From assembly GCA_029717555.1 (NCBI GenBank), contig JAMDHS010000065.1, positions 1 to 64,000 on the forward strand: 64,000 bases of DNA, in the 5' to 3' direction. The DNA is from Peribolospora baueri (lineage: Eukaryota). Positions 49,001-62,500 of this stretch are shown one piece after another. The position numbers were made by a program, and so were the translations under genes. The first letter of the stretch is position 1. Each line of letters opens with the position of its first letter. The notes below the pieces were generated by a model that did not search any database, was not told where the DNA came from, and saw nothing but the letters and a program-made list of their open reading frames with translations.

Positions 49001-51786
49001 AGGAGGCCGAAATTTACGCCAGCAGAGGTAGCGAGACGAGCGACGGTCAACGAGACGGGGAGGAGAGGGAGGAGGAGGAGGACCGGTTCCCCACTCCTCC
49101 TCACACCGCTTCCATGCGCACCACCGGTCAAGCGCAACCGGCGCAGACGCACTCCCATCACGGCTTTGGGCCTCTCCACCGCGCCTCTTCCACCATCACC
49201 ACGTTCACCTCCAGCATGCCCCCCACGCCCGCACACCCGCTGGCCCGTGACGTCGCTTCCATGGCCGACTTTGAGCTCCCCGAACACGATCCCTGCGCCA
49301 CCCCTTCCGGCCACGAACCGCACCAGGCGGGGGATCTCGAGAAGGTGGCCGAAGCGCCGGCGTCCTTGGTCACGCTGCACGACCAGGGGCCCAAAGAGCT
49401 CAGCGGTGCTAGGGTGCTGAGAGGCTTCCTGAGGTACTTCGGTCAGCAGGCCCCTTACATCTTCACCGGCGCTCTCGCGGCCGTGATCGTGGGCGTCAGC
49501 TTCCCCATCGCCGGATGGCTCACCGGCGTGGTCGTCGAGGCGTTTACCGAGCAGGTCGCCCGGGGCAATATTTCCGGGCTGAGACACGACGGGAATCGTA
49601 AGTGGTGCCGTGGCTCGTGTGGGGCGAAAGGAGGCTCAGTGCCGACGAGATTTACGCAGTCCACGCTGATCGCCTTCCATTTCTTTACTCACGTTCTGGC
49701 ATTTGTCGTCCTCGACTTCACTTCCCGTCCTCCAAGGATACGCTTTGGCGTGCTTCATCATCGCCCTCGCCGACCTGGTTTTCTGCTTCAGTGAGTAGGC
49801 GCGCCGAAAACTGTCCGCTTGCGTCCGACACGGACGGCCATGCCCACTCATTCACCACCGATTCCAGCCAACGGGTTCATGTTCGAATACGGCTCGGAGC
49901 GCATGGTTCGCCAGCTGAAAAAGACCAGTCTCGACTCGGTCCTCATGCAAGAAGTGGGCTTTTTCGACAAGGAAGAAAACGCCGCCGGCACGCTCACCGC
50001 TTCTATCAGCGGAAATCCGCCTCTGGTGGCGGCGGCGACCGGACTGATTGTCGGCCAGATCATCATTTCGGTCGTCAACCTCGTCGGCGCCACCATCCTA
50101 GCCTTCATCCTGTCCTGGAAAGGCGCGGTCGTCTGCCTCGCCCCCGTCGTCGTGCTACTCTTCAGCGGTTGGCTCAACGTCGTTTTGTTGGAGAAATTTG
50201 AGGGCGCCATTTCCGGTCCGTTGGATGCCGCCGAGGCCATCGTGGCCGAGAACGTGGACGCGATCAAGACCGTCGCGGCGCTCGGCAGAGAGGAGGAGGT
50301 CCTACGCCTGTACAGACGACTCGCCAAACCGGCGCCGAGGCGTGATGTCTATCTCGCTCTCGGCGCGTTCGGATTCGCCATCTCCCAGGCCTCCGTCTTC
50401 TTGATCTCGTCCTTGACTTTCTACTGGGGTGGTACGCTGCTCGGCCGGGGCGAGTTGACTGTAAAGGAGCTGTATGCCCTATTCGAGGCTATCGTGGGTA
50501 TTTCCCCGCTCCAAGGTTTTTGTCGCGTTTCAATTGCCTGACCGTTTCATCCTGTCCGCCGCCGGCTTTGGCCCTCCGTGCGATATAGATCATCGGCGCC
50601 TTCGCCGCCTCCCGCATCTTCACCTTTGTACCGGACATCAGCCGCGCAGTGCACGCCTTCAAGACCATCATGGGCTGGGTGGAACGCCAACCACAAATGG
50701 CACAGTGCGTGACGCCTGAGCCTGGCAAGGAGATGCAAAAGGCGGAGAAGGACGTATGCGACAGCTTCCTGTTCGACCATGTCACTTTGCGTTACCCAGA
50801 ACGACCCCGCGAGGCGGCCGTGAGAGACCTGAACCTGTTCATCCCGGCGGGCAAGAAGGTGGCCTTTTGCGGCACCTCCGGCTCCGGCAAGACGTCCATT
50901 CTCTCTCTTCTCTGCCGTTTTTACGACCCATCCCTAGGGCGCATTCTCCAAAACGATCGGGACGTGCGAGCCATCCCTATTCAAGACTACCGGACGCCGA
51001 TGGCGCTCGTCTCGCAGGATAGCGTGCTGTATGAAGGCACTATTCGGTTCAATATTCTTCTTGGCGTGCCAGAGGGGGCTGCCGGTGAGGTAGGGGAGGA
51101 AGACGTGGAAAGGGCGTGTAGGGACGCCAACGTCTGGGATTTCGTCTGCTCCTTGCCTAACGGACTGGATACCGAAGTTGGGCTCAAAGGAAGTCAGTTG
51201 AGTGGCGGACAGAGGCAGAGGATCTGCATCGCGAGAGCGATCATTCGCAAGCCGAGGATTCTCTTGGTGAGCGCCCGTCTCCCTTCCATCTTTTTATTCT
51301 TTTCGTCGTCGCCCAATTGCTCAAGCTCTTCCTTCACGTGTTTGTCCGTGGCGTTTGAAGCTGGACGAGGCCACGTCGGTGAGTCCCGTCATCGTCTATC
51401 CATCGCTCCTATCCAGTCAGCTCAATTGCATCATGACCGCTTGCTTCCTTCCTTCTTGATGTACATATAGGCTTTGGACGCAGATTCGGAAGAGGTCGTG
51501 CAGCGAGCGCTGGACCGAGTCTCACATGGCCGAACGACGGTTACGATCGCACACCGTCTCGCGTCCATCCGCAACTCTGACATCATTCACGTCGTCGAGG
51601 AAGGTCGCATCGTGGAGAGTGGCTCGCATCAGGAGCTGCTAAGCAAGCGCGGGAGGTACCTCGAGGTAAGTTGAGCTATTTTACAGACGGGCCTGCCTTG
51701 ATCTAAAGGTCTGGAATGTCGCTCATAAGACGTCGAAGTATTGTGTTTCATTTCGCTGCGTGCAGCTCGTCGAGGCCCAGCTTTGA
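46076..51786 (+). CDS. Full-length ABCB (MDR/P-glycoprotein-like) transporter, TMD-NBD-TMD-NBD
   Basis: NBD1 [46 protein letters not shown]2 [41 protein letters not shown]; two transmembrane domains. Confidence 0.95.
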
Positions 51787-52014
51787 GCCAAGGACAGACT
51801 GAACGACTTGGACGGTCCATCCGTTTTCTTGTTACTCGCACTTTATGTATTGCGACCCCGCCAACGGCAAAAAATTCCCGCCCCACCACTCACGATTCTC
51901 TCGCCGAACCCCCCACTCTTGATACGGTAGATCTGGTGCGAGAACTTGGCCTGGAGAAGAAATTGTCGGGTTCAACGGATTCTGGTAATAGACACTACTG
52001 CGAGACGACCGTAC

Positions 52015-53503
52015 ATGCCACGGCGCGCGGACGGCTGTCCAATCTGTGGAGTCAATCGTGCCTCTCAAAATTCCCGAGAAAATCTCCGACCGTTCTCTCA
52101 AAACAACCCTTCCGAGATTCCGACCACCTCAGATTGCTGCAGGGCGCGTATGTTGTTGAGCTTGCGTTCTTGGGATCCGAGTGCGCGCTTCCCACCTAAC
52201 GTTTGCCGGACAAAGTTGTCTGCTGTCTTTTGCTTCCCAACTGTTACGCCTCCATCTGCTACTTGCTCCTCTTCTCCTACACCTCTGCGGCCGGGAACCT
52301 GGCCGCTGGTCAAGACACTAACTCTGACATCTCGTTTTCATTTCCTTGTTGTTCCCCAGCGCACCCGCCGAGCCACACGCTCCAGCGACGACCTCGCCGT
52401 TTCTTAGCGCCCTCCCACCCCATCCGCGGCCCAGCGTTTCCCAGCCCATCCGTTGCGCCGGCCGGCTCACTTGCGGTGCCACGTTCGCCGTCACTTCGTG
52501 CCGAAGCGTTCCTCCGCGGTGGGAGCCCGCTCGACGCCCTCACCGGTCTGCCCGTCGGCCTTCAACCAGGCCCACGTCCGCGCCATGGAAGAGGCGTCCG
52601 CCCGTCTTCACGAGGCGATGATGAGGCGCTTCGACGGCTTGGAGGGCCGCCTGGAAGAGGCGATGATGAGGCGCTTCGACAGCTTGGAGAGCCAGCTGGC
52701 CGCGCGCTCACCAGGCCGCGCCGAGGACGAGAGTAGGCGACGGGCGGAGATCGAAGAGCGGGTCCGGACCTTGCGTCAGAAGGCTTCGCCGATGCCGGTC
52801 TCTCCTCGTCCCTCCCCGTCTCGACCCCGCGTTGACCGCGTCGTCGTGACAGTCGACTCTGCAACCCCTCCTTCGGTCCTTCGGTTGCGGGCCTCGATCG
52901 GTCTCGTAGCCGCTCCTCCGTCTTGCCACCATTCCCGTTAGCCCCACGACCCCGCTCGCGCCCACGTCGGCGTCGGCGCCCTCCGCCACCATCGCCCCCG
53001 CAAAGCCAGACCGCCCTCGCCCCTTGTCCGTTCCTCGCTCCTCGGCAGGGCCCGCGCCGGCTCCGATCCGTGTACCTGCGACGGCCAACCCCACGGCGGG
53101 CCTTGGAGCGCCGGCGGCGTCGCAGCTGGGCACGCCCGCTCCGTCCAGGGCGTTCCCGGGAGCAGTGTCGGCTCTAGCGGCTAGCGACGAGGGCAACGTC
53201 TCTCGTCAAGGCCTCGACAACTTGTACCAGCGCGTCTGTGTCGAGTACGACGCCTTGTGCATCGACAGCGCCTTGTTTGGTAAGGGCCGTCCGGTTGTGC
53301 TTCCCACGCATCCAGCCGCGACGACTGGGCCTCCGGGGCAATCCAAGTTTCACTACTGCAGCATTTGTCCCAAGACGTCCACCGAAGCCGAGGTGCTCAG
53401 CTCGTTCACCCGCGCCGCGCAAGCCAACCTGGGCCACGGTGGCAGAAAGGGCGGCCACTCGCGGCGCGCCATCATAGTCACCTCTGACAGCGAAGACGAG
53501 TAG
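52015..53503 (+). CDS. Orphan hypothetical protein (coiled-coil repeat, Pro/Ala-rich linker, CxxC motifs)
   Basis: Coding-like segments MEEASARLHEAMMRRFD... (52585 onward) and ...FHYCSICPK...SDSEDE* can be joined by an intron at ~52885-52941. Possible first exon MPRRADGCPICG at 52015. Structure uncertain. Confidence 0.4.
52612..52699 (+). repeat. Tandem 45-bp duplication (about two copies)
   Basis: GAGGCGATGATGAGGCGCTTCGAC(G/A)GCTTGGAG(G/A)GCC.. twice, encoding EAMMRRFDGLEGRLE and EAMMRRFDSLESQL. Confidence 0.85.
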
Positions 53504-54175
53504 AACGACGACAGCGACCACCGGGACGACGGCCGGCTCCGTCTGCGTGCTGTCGCCTCTACTCCTGTTCTGCCGCAACCTTTTCCGGCACCATAATGAA
53601 CGGCATGAACGGCAATGGCGGGGACGTCTCCGGTCTCTGCGTCCCGCAAGCCACCGCACTCCAACCCGTTCAATTCCCCGTCTCGTTTCGCCCGCGCGCC
53701 CCGAGGGCCACCATTCTCGCCGCCCACGCTCTGGTGAACACCTGGACGACTCGCCTCCTATTCTTCGATCTGTGACCCCGTCCCATTGCCGTCAAAGCCG
53801 GCGCTACGTGGGGAGAAGTTGCTGCCTGCGCGGTCTGGAATGTTACAAGCGAGCGTTGCAGCGTCGAGGACGGCTGTCGGGGGATATGAAGGACAAGGAC
53901 ATTCTTTGCTGCGGTAAGAAGAGTGCACCTATTCCGCCTCGCCCATTCCCTGGCGAGTTCAGGATGACCGCACACGTCGAAGTCGTGGTAACTGTTCCCC
54001 CTGGCACATCGCTTAAACGCTCCGCTCACATCCGCCCTCATATGTATGCTGGTCATCGCCGCCGAACGTCAGAAGCGTACTCTCCTTAAGGCGATGAATC
54101 CCCGCCTCAAATGCGAGTAGACGTTCCAGCGCGAATGGCATCGCGTACACTCAAACTGCGTCCCGTGAAGTCTCT

Positions 54176-55723
54176 TCACATGAACGACACATCGCTCTCC
54201 GCACCTTCGTCCTCCTCGTCCTCCGCACTCGGTCGGTTCTTGCTCTTCGCCATGGTTTCTTCCGTGAACACTGTCGTGAGCGGGAAGACGGGTAAGGCGC
54301 AAGTCGAGAAGGCAGAGTATGAAATGACAAGAGAAAAGACGGTGACGTTAGACTTCGGCCCCCCACCGAAACGGAAGATGAACTTACAGTTGTCGTAGGA
54401 CCGCGCCTCCTTCTCGGCCGCGCGTTGCCTGGCCAACTCGAGCTCGGCCTTTTTCTGAGCGAGCAACCAAGAAGCCAACCAAGGAAAAAGGGAAAGTTGG
54501 CATGCCGTCTCCCTCTAGCTTCTGATGGGACTCATCGAGCTCGTCCCACGACCTGAACCAACCGGACGAGGTCCACGTCCAACAGCCATCCGAACTGGAC
54601 TGCGTCAAGCACCCACCTGCTCGTTTGCCTTCGCTTGCTTCTTCTTATTCCTCTCTTTTTCTCTCTCCAACCTGATCGTCTCGTGGTCGACCTCTTTCTC
54701 CACTTTCGTCTTGTTGAGGCGGTTCACGATCGCGTTCTCTCGGGAGGCGACGTAAACTCGTTTCACCTAGATGACGTGACGCGCAAAAACGAGCATGGAG
54801 GAAAGGTCAGGCGGGGACGATATTGGAGAGCAATATTCTACTGTTGCACAACTTCAGAGAGAGGGAGGCTCACCTTCTTGTCCGAGTGGAAAGTAACCTG
54901 ACCAACCGCCATGGAGCCGTCTTTCTACATGAGAGGAAGCAAACAAACGAAACGCCTAAGAATGAGCATTCAGCCCGGGGCCTCGCTGATAAGCCAAAGA
55001 AAAGGTGGGGGGAGTGATGTTGAGGCTGACCTTTAGGTTGGACCACGGAGTGTAGATGATCGTCAAGTTGTTTTTCTTGTTCCCTGCATTGGGCGACGTC
55101 CATGAATATCAGAAGAGCGCCAAGAACACGCTGGTGGTCAGATCTTCTTCCCCTTCTGTTCTGTCCCCACAGCCGCCAACCGCCTTCCTCACTCTGTGGC
55201 GCCATACTCACCCTCTATCGAGTTAGCTTTGACGAGTTGCGCCAGGTCCGTCAAGAGCGCTTCCGGGATATTGTCCCACGTCATACCTGACGGCATGCGC
55301 AGATACACGTGTGCGGAGGAGAGCTATCGGGTGGCCAAGTTGAGCAAAACAGAGAAGGTAAACCATCCTGCCACTACCCCCGGTTGCGGCCTGGCCGGCA
55401 ACGCACCTTGTCGACGTGAAACCATACGTCTTCCTCGAAGCCGTACTTGATCAAGTCTTCATCTGCAGTCATCAAGAAAGTAAACAGGAAAAGACAACAG
55501 ATAATTAAATTAAGAGGGAGCTCTCGAGAGCCAGCTTTTCCTTTTGCTCAAGAGCAGCACGCACTCACTCTCATATTTATCCCGACCCATATAAATCGTC
55601 GCCGGCGGGTTCACCGCTGGGTTCGAAAGGCGCAAGCCACATTGGTGAGCTCTCCCTTGGATGACAAAAGGAAGAGAAGCAGTTTGAAGGTAGCGCACCG
55701 TTAGATGTGAAAAAGAGGACCAT
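54176..55723 (-). CDS. CCDC25: CCDC25/Jlp2 (NFACT-R, DUF814) protein, 9 short exons
   Basis: Spliced: [52 protein letters not shown]...[14 protein letters not shown]...[11 protein letters not shown]...NRLNKTK...RSYDNLF...SFM*. Largely invisible in the ORF track because the exons are short. Confidence 0.93.
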
Positions 55724-56074
55724 CTTTGCCTCCGGATCCTCACTGAACTGGCAACCGCTGTGCTGCCAAGCGAGTGCTGCTATCGCTTGAAGACTGCGAG
55801 AGAAGCGTTTTTGATCGTTGTTTCCATCCTTGTAACTGGAGTTTAAGAAAACAGGATTGGGATCGCGTCGCGTAAATGTACTGCGGCAATTACATCTTCC
55901 TGTTCCGGATACCAAGTGAAATCCTGATCGCGTCCACTCGTGCACTCGCTCCTCACCACCACCTGTACATGCACCATGCTCGTTCTTCGCTTCGAACGGA
56001 CCTGCCCGGGCCGCTGATGCGGTGCTCTTGTTTCTTTTTGGCCCGGTTTTCTTCCCCTCTCTGTCTCACTCCTG

Positions 56075-58326
56075 ATGCCGCCCTCCTCGGTCCCTTCCTC
56101 CTCGCCTCATCTCACCGATCGCTCCGACCTCGGATTCTCGTCGCCAGACCCGGGCGAGCTCAGCTTACCGCCATGGGCTCAATCGACCATTCGGAGCGCT
56201 CTGCATAGGGGAGAGGACTGGTTGCCGCGTGGTTGCCCACGGGGTGGCAGACAGGTGGACGGCGAAGACAGACGGGATGGGAGCAGGAACCACCAGCTGG
56301 ACGCTTTGCTCGCCCTGCTTGACGACGGGTGCGACTCCGACTCTGACGGCTCTCGGGGAGGAAGAGAGACCAGGGCAGCCAGAGGGGGCGGAGGGACTGC
56401 TCAGCTTTCAGGTGATGTACATCGAAGCCCTTCACGGCCCACTGATGTCAAGGGCGCGACAGCGCCAGTGATCCGTTCGCAGGCTGGTCCCGGATCGCTC
56501 CTTGCGGACTCGGACGACAAGCCCGCCCAATCCTTTTCGTCATGCTCATTTCGAGAGTCGGCATTGCCGCCACAATACTCGTCCACAGAACGACTCCCTG
56601 CTGTCAACAGTCACCATTTGGAATCATCACGCTCACAGCTCGGCGCATCGCCTCTTTCCGGAGCTGGTTCGGCCTTGCGGCCCCCTTCTCCGACACCTTC
56701 CCAAGAAGTTGAAAAGATCACTGCTGCTTTGAGGCAACGTCGAAATTCCTTGCGAGACGTTGTTCCCATCGGCGACAAGGCTCGCAAGCATTCGGTGAAC
56801 GTCGGCGACGAGCGTCTAGTGACGGAGAAATGGCCCCAAGATGCTACTCTGCGCAAAGTGGTTAGCATTGATGTCGAGGAGCTCGAGCGCGAGGTCGCCC
56901 AACTCTCAAGGGAATATCGAGCTGCCAAATTGGGCGATCAAGTCAAGACGCGCGCGGGTCCGCCAGAGCTCACAATGCAGCGCGCTGCAGCTTCGCGCAG
57001 GTCTGTGCCCTCCCAAGACGTTGCAGCTGCCTTCGTCCCTCGCGCAGAGCACTCTATGTCTGGCTCCACGCTGCGTTCGCCGTCTCCTCTGCGGCCGTTT
57101 TTGACTAATACTCTCCAACCAGGCCTCAGTCTGCCGCTCCCGCGCACCGATGTTTTGGGTCAGGGAGGGCACGGCGAGGTAGTTGGGACTCTCCCGAGGC
57201 GGAAGACTGGGTGGCTGAAAGAGTCGAAGAACCGGTCGGGTTTGGCGGGAGGGGCGGCGGTATTATCTCAGCATGCTGCTAGGCCAGAGCCGGCGCGGAA
57301 GACTATGCACCTCAGCAAAGGGCCCGCCTCCAACTGCGACATAATGCAACGGAGAGGTAGATCCACGCGCGAAACTGAAGCGGGAGCTCAGAAGGAGCAT
57401 TCATGTTGCGGACGCTCGCGGAGCCACCGTCGTCACGAGCACCACCATCACCACTACCATCACTGCATCCACGACCATCGGCCCGCGCTCTCGGCACCGT
57501 TATCTCCTCAGCGCGGAGAAGCTGCCTCCCATCTTCGTTCTTGGTGTTACCCGCGAAACGCCAAAACATCGTCGAGAACAGACCACGTACAACAGGATCA
57601 ACCAAATGGGAAGATGGCGACGGGGCTGGAAGAGTTCGATCCTGTGGTCGAGAAAGGCAGAGGCAGGAATGAAGGCAATGGGATTCGGCCGGAACGAGTG
57701 CTTTACGATGGTGGGCCGACTCCGTCCCGGTCACGCCTGCGGAAGCCGCCGTCAGCCGTCCCGGATTCCGCCACCCAACGTTCGTCGCCGGATGATCAAC
57801 TGTCCGACGCGCTCCGAGCGGCAAGGGACGAGATCGTCAGAGTGAGGGAGGGCGCTGAGGAGATGAGGAGGAGGATCGAGAGACTCGTTGGATTCGAGCT
57901 CGATCACAACTCCGGCGTTGACGAGCATGGTAGGGATGGCCAAGATCACGAGATTGCTGAAAAGGTACTTGGAAAGCCTTGCTTCACGGGGACGTCCGAA
58001 CCTTTGCCTGGATCCGGGAAGGACGAGAACCGCATCCGGTGGAAGGGGCAGGTTGAGAGACGTCTCAAAGCGTTAGAGGAGGAAATGGAGATGCTGAGGT
58101 GAGTCGTCGTCGGTGCTGTGCCTTCGTTCGCCTTGGGTTGAAGGAATGACTACAGTAGGAAAAGTGGACGAGGTTGTTTAACCCTTCTCGTTCTTTGTCC
58201 GTCAGGAGACAAGCTGTGCTCACCTCTAATAACCCGCGAGGTTCGCCACCACCGCCCGCACTGGCTTCTGCTTCTCGAGCTTGTCAGGCGTCCCACTTCC
58301 GTCGTCCGGCCTCGGCAGACCGGTGA
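56075..58326 (+). CDS. Hypothetical intrinsically disordered protein with His/Cys tract and coiled-coil segments
   Basis: 675-codon open frame, Ser/Pro/Arg-rich. The final AG|gtgagt donor and cag| acceptor at ~58205 add a short last exon ending TGA at 58326. Confidence 0.65.
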
Positions 58327-59565
58327 AAAGGTCTCTGCTCTTGTTTCTGCCGGCAGGCGCTCCGTTGCCTCCCTCTGAGCGCCTGTAGCTGCCGGACGTA
58401 TTCCGTCACGTCGTTCGCGTACAGCCCCCCTTCTTCACTGTCTCGCCCTTTTTTTCAAGTCGCCTTAATTTTCCATGGCCCTCGTTTCCTTGCCCTGTAT
58501 TCTTGCCACGCTACTCCGCCTTCGTGTCGTTACCTGAGCTATGTCCTGGCCTGACTATCTATCTATATGTACGTGTACTCGACTCATCCACATGCTCTTC
58601 ACTTCCAACGGTGGACGAAAGGCGTGACTGCGACCTTGACTGGTGCTCCGGGTGGAAACTCGATTATAGCCCTCGCAGTTTGAGAATACGGTCTGAAAAC
58701 ACAACATTTAATGTCTTTTGTGACCATGTATGGAGCGTCGTTATATAGGGCCGGGCTTGGTTCGAGCGGCATCGGACCAGGTGTGTCGTCGAGAAGAAGT
58801 TTGCTGCGGCTGGCGTTGTTCGATCGTCCCGGCGGGATCTCTGTCCGCTCGACAGGATCGTCCACCTCCCGTTGCCGGCCGCTAGAGGCACCTTTCGGTA
58901 CGAGGACGATCCAGCTTCTCGTTCTTTGGCTTGAGAGCTCAGCAGTCGTTCCTGGGGTGGGTGAAACGCAAGAAGTCGTTCGCGCGAGGCCACCCTACGC
59001 CCGACCCAACACGCCGACGCCAAACATGCGCCGACGCTCCGCCCTCGGACGGGACCTTCTCATCCCTCCGTCTCTCGTCCTCGACTTCGCCTCTTCCGTT
59101 GCCTCATCCGTCCCCGGTCGTTGCGCAAAGGACAGCAAGCACGTCCGATGGCGATACAGGCTCTCGCTAATCATCCGCCTTGTGCTCTACTTCCGTGTCC
59201 ATGCAGTGCTCGCGTTCACCGGACTCACGGCCGCACTTCCATTCTCCTTCCTCTTGCACCTACCGTCGTTACCTTTCCTCTCAGACACCACCATCCCCTG
59301 CAGACGTCGCTGAGCGGCTTTCTCGCTTTTGCTTTCTCTTTACCCTAATCTTCCTCCACTTCGCAAGTCGCCGCCTCGACCTCTTTGACAACCGGCTGGT
59401 CGTCGTACGCGGAGGTCAATTTCGTTTCTTTTTTTCCCCATCGTCCAGTCGCAGGTCCGACTCTACGCCGTTCGAGCGCTCGTCTTTCACCATCTAGTCA
59501 AGACGACCCCTTCTGGACGTGGACAAGCTGACGTCGCCCGGCCCTCATTCTCGCCCGCGTCCGCT

Positions 59566-62500
59566 ATGACGGAGTTTGAGAGCTCCGTACTCCCCGCCCT
59601 CACCAGCCTCTCGATATCTCCTTCCGTTCAGAAAGACTATCCAGCCCACCGCGCGCCCGTGCCGACCATTGTCGGGACGCCGCCTCCTCCTCCTGACGGT
59701 GCATCAAATCAAGGGATGCCCACGTGGGATCGTGCTTCCCTGGATCGCCCTGCGAGCCCGGCTCCGTCTGCCAACAGCATGGACGACGGTCGCTCCCTGT
59801 CGGCAAAGGTGCTCCCTTCGCCACCCGGAGATTTCGCTTTCTCGCAAACTAGAGGCCCTATGCCGGATTCGGACGCCGAGTCCTTGTCCGGCGTGAGCGT
59901 CCGGACTATATCTGCGATGCGGGCCGATGATGGCGACCGGAAGCAGCCTTCGGAGGAGGTGCAGGAAGAGCTGGAGAGCGACGAGGAGAGCGGGCGGCCG
60001 TCTCCCCACGGCAGGTCCAAGTCGTCTTTCCTTCGAGGTACCACCCTTCTCGGCATGCCAAGTGAAGCGGGCTCGTCCGTCACAATGTCGGGAAAGGTCA
60101 GCTACTTAGATCGGGACAAGATGAACCTCTTCCCAACAGACACTGTCGTGCCCATCCTCGTATCGCAGCAGCCCACCGACTCGACCCCTTCCACGCCCCT
60201 CTCCCAAGTCACTTCCCAGTGCTCCGCCTCCATTCCGTCCTCACCCATGTCCGACGACGCCATACCCCTCACGCCATCCTTGCTCGCCGCCGTTCCGGAG
60301 ACGCCCGGCGTAATCCCACCGACGCCTTACTCAGGCGGAGGAGGCAGCCCCTTCCACACGAGGCAGGACTTTTCGCACGAGCATCAGCACCGGCAGCGTA
60401 GGAACCCAGAAGCACTGGCTCCCCCTTCGGAAGAGAAAGTCTTCTCCCCTCCTCCGCGCTCGCCCATGCCCGATCCCCCGCCACGGAGTGCCAATGAACG
60501 CCCACCGAATGTGCTCATCCTTGGGGCCGGACCTGTGGGTTTGACGGCCGCGATCATGTTCAGGAGGGAGGGATGGGATGTGGAGGTGTGGGAGAGGGAG
60601 GAGAAATGGGCACCTAGGGTGAGTCGCTTTTACCGGTTCAAAGAGAACGGTGTGGTTTGCAAGGCACTTCTGGCGCCAAAGCTGCTGTTGCTCTTTCGAC
60701 CCGGAAGGACTTACTCTCATTTGCTCTCGTTTCCGTCCTTCCCCGTCGTCGCAGCTACAAGCTGGAGGGGCGATGCATATCCCACCGAATGGGGCCCGGG
60801 TACTAGCCAAGCGGGAGATTCTAGACGCCTTCATGGCACCGCCGGTAGAGATCGAGGACCGACGGCAGGCAGAGATTTTCTCAGCTTCCGATCTCGGCTT
60901 CGACGATGACGAGGGTTCGGAAGGTGGCGACGCGGGCACACATGCCCTATCCGGAAGAGCTTCGTGGGAGTCGGCGCGATCCAACCGCGCCATGCCGGTG
61001 CCTGCGCCACACTACGTGGGCGCTGGCGCGGTGCAGCTCGCCGACTGGGAGTTTTACAATCACCTTGGAGATCAGCTCGCCACCGTGAATTATCCTCTCT
61101 ACGTCGGGCCCTCCTTCTCACCCATCAATCCTTCCTTCCAGCGGCCTGATCACTCTCCGCCGGAAAACCCGAACCCGACGCCTTACCTCGCCGTCTCTCG
61201 CTCTCGTCTGCTCACCTATCTGCACTCCATTCTTCGCCTTCCCTCGTATGGCGTTGAAGTTGTTTACGGTGCCAAGGTGGAGGAGATCAATACGCACCGT
61301 GGGGAGATGCGTCTGGAGAGCGGGAGGGTGAAACGGACGGACCTGATCATTGGCGCGGACGGGTGGTGGGGCGACGGGAGGGAGGCGGTCGTGCAGGGGT
61401 GGGAGTACTCCATGGCGTACGAGCTCCAGCAGCAGCGGCTCAAGTTGGCGGCCGCCCGGGCGGACACTGGGCTGCTGAAGAAGGGCAAGAAGAAGGACAA
61501 GAAGGCAGCGGAGGAGGAGGCAAGGAACGCCAACGCCCCGGCGCCCAAGTACTGTGGGACGAACGGCGTCGGCATCCATCGGACTTATTACGCCGACCTC
61601 CCCGCCGAGCTCCTTAACCATCATTCGGAAGTCCTTGGGAGCCTCATTGGGAAGGCCACGGTGTGGGTCGGTCCAGGCGGACACGCGATGCTGTGAGTCG
61701 GCTTTCCTTTTTCTTTCTTTATTTGTCGCGGCGCCCTCGGGGATGACGACGTGTGTTGGAGTGGCAGACTAAGCGCTGCTCCATTGAGCTCGGACTAAGC
61801 CCTCCACTTTACCCTCTCGATTCCTTCTTACTCCTACGTCAACGCCACAGCATCCCCATGTCAGATCAGCAGTCCTACTCCCTGTCGATCAGCTTGCCGG
61901 CCGAGCAGCTGCAAAGGGACGCCGAGTGGGAGCTCGTGGATGATTTCACCGAGGTTCAGGACTACTTCACGGGCGGCGATGCCAAGTGAGTTGGCGTTCT
62001 TTGGAGGAGGTGGACCACCGGCCGCTCATTTCTCTCGCCTTCTTACCACTTTTGCCGTCAAATCAGACTTGACCTTTTGGTCTCGAACGTGAACCACGGC
62101 ATCCGGACGGACGTCATGCTGCGCGAGCCTCTGCCGACGTGGCATTGTGGGAGGCTCGTGCTTGTCGGAGACGCCGCACATCCCATGCTGCCCTTCTCGG
62201 TGAGTTTCGTGTTTTTCGCCGTCTTCGAAGTCGTGTGCTAACCATCGCGGGCTTTCTCTGTCCTTTTCGCTTTTTTTGCAGGGCCAAGCTCTGTCGCAGG
62301 GCTTGGAAGACTTGGACACGCTGCTCATGTCCCTCGACTCGGTCCTCTCTTCCGCCGGCCTCACCTCGCCTCCCTCTTCGGCGTCGTCCAAGAAATGGGG
62401 CGCTTCCTCCTCGTCCGCAGCAGCGGCGGCGACGGCGCCGGAAAAATCGCTGATGGCGAGCCAGGCGATGCTGACGACGGCGTTCAGGACGTATGAGGCG

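Noticed and set aside
54069..55723. Fragmented, stop-rich minus-strand frames first suggesting a pseudogene
   Set aside because: They splice cleanly through GT-AG introns into an intact CCDC25/Jlp2 gene.
59026..59313. Possible uORF in the leader of the monooxygenase
   Set aside because: Transcription start is unknown and the composition is typical of a pyrimidine-rich UTR; no independent support.
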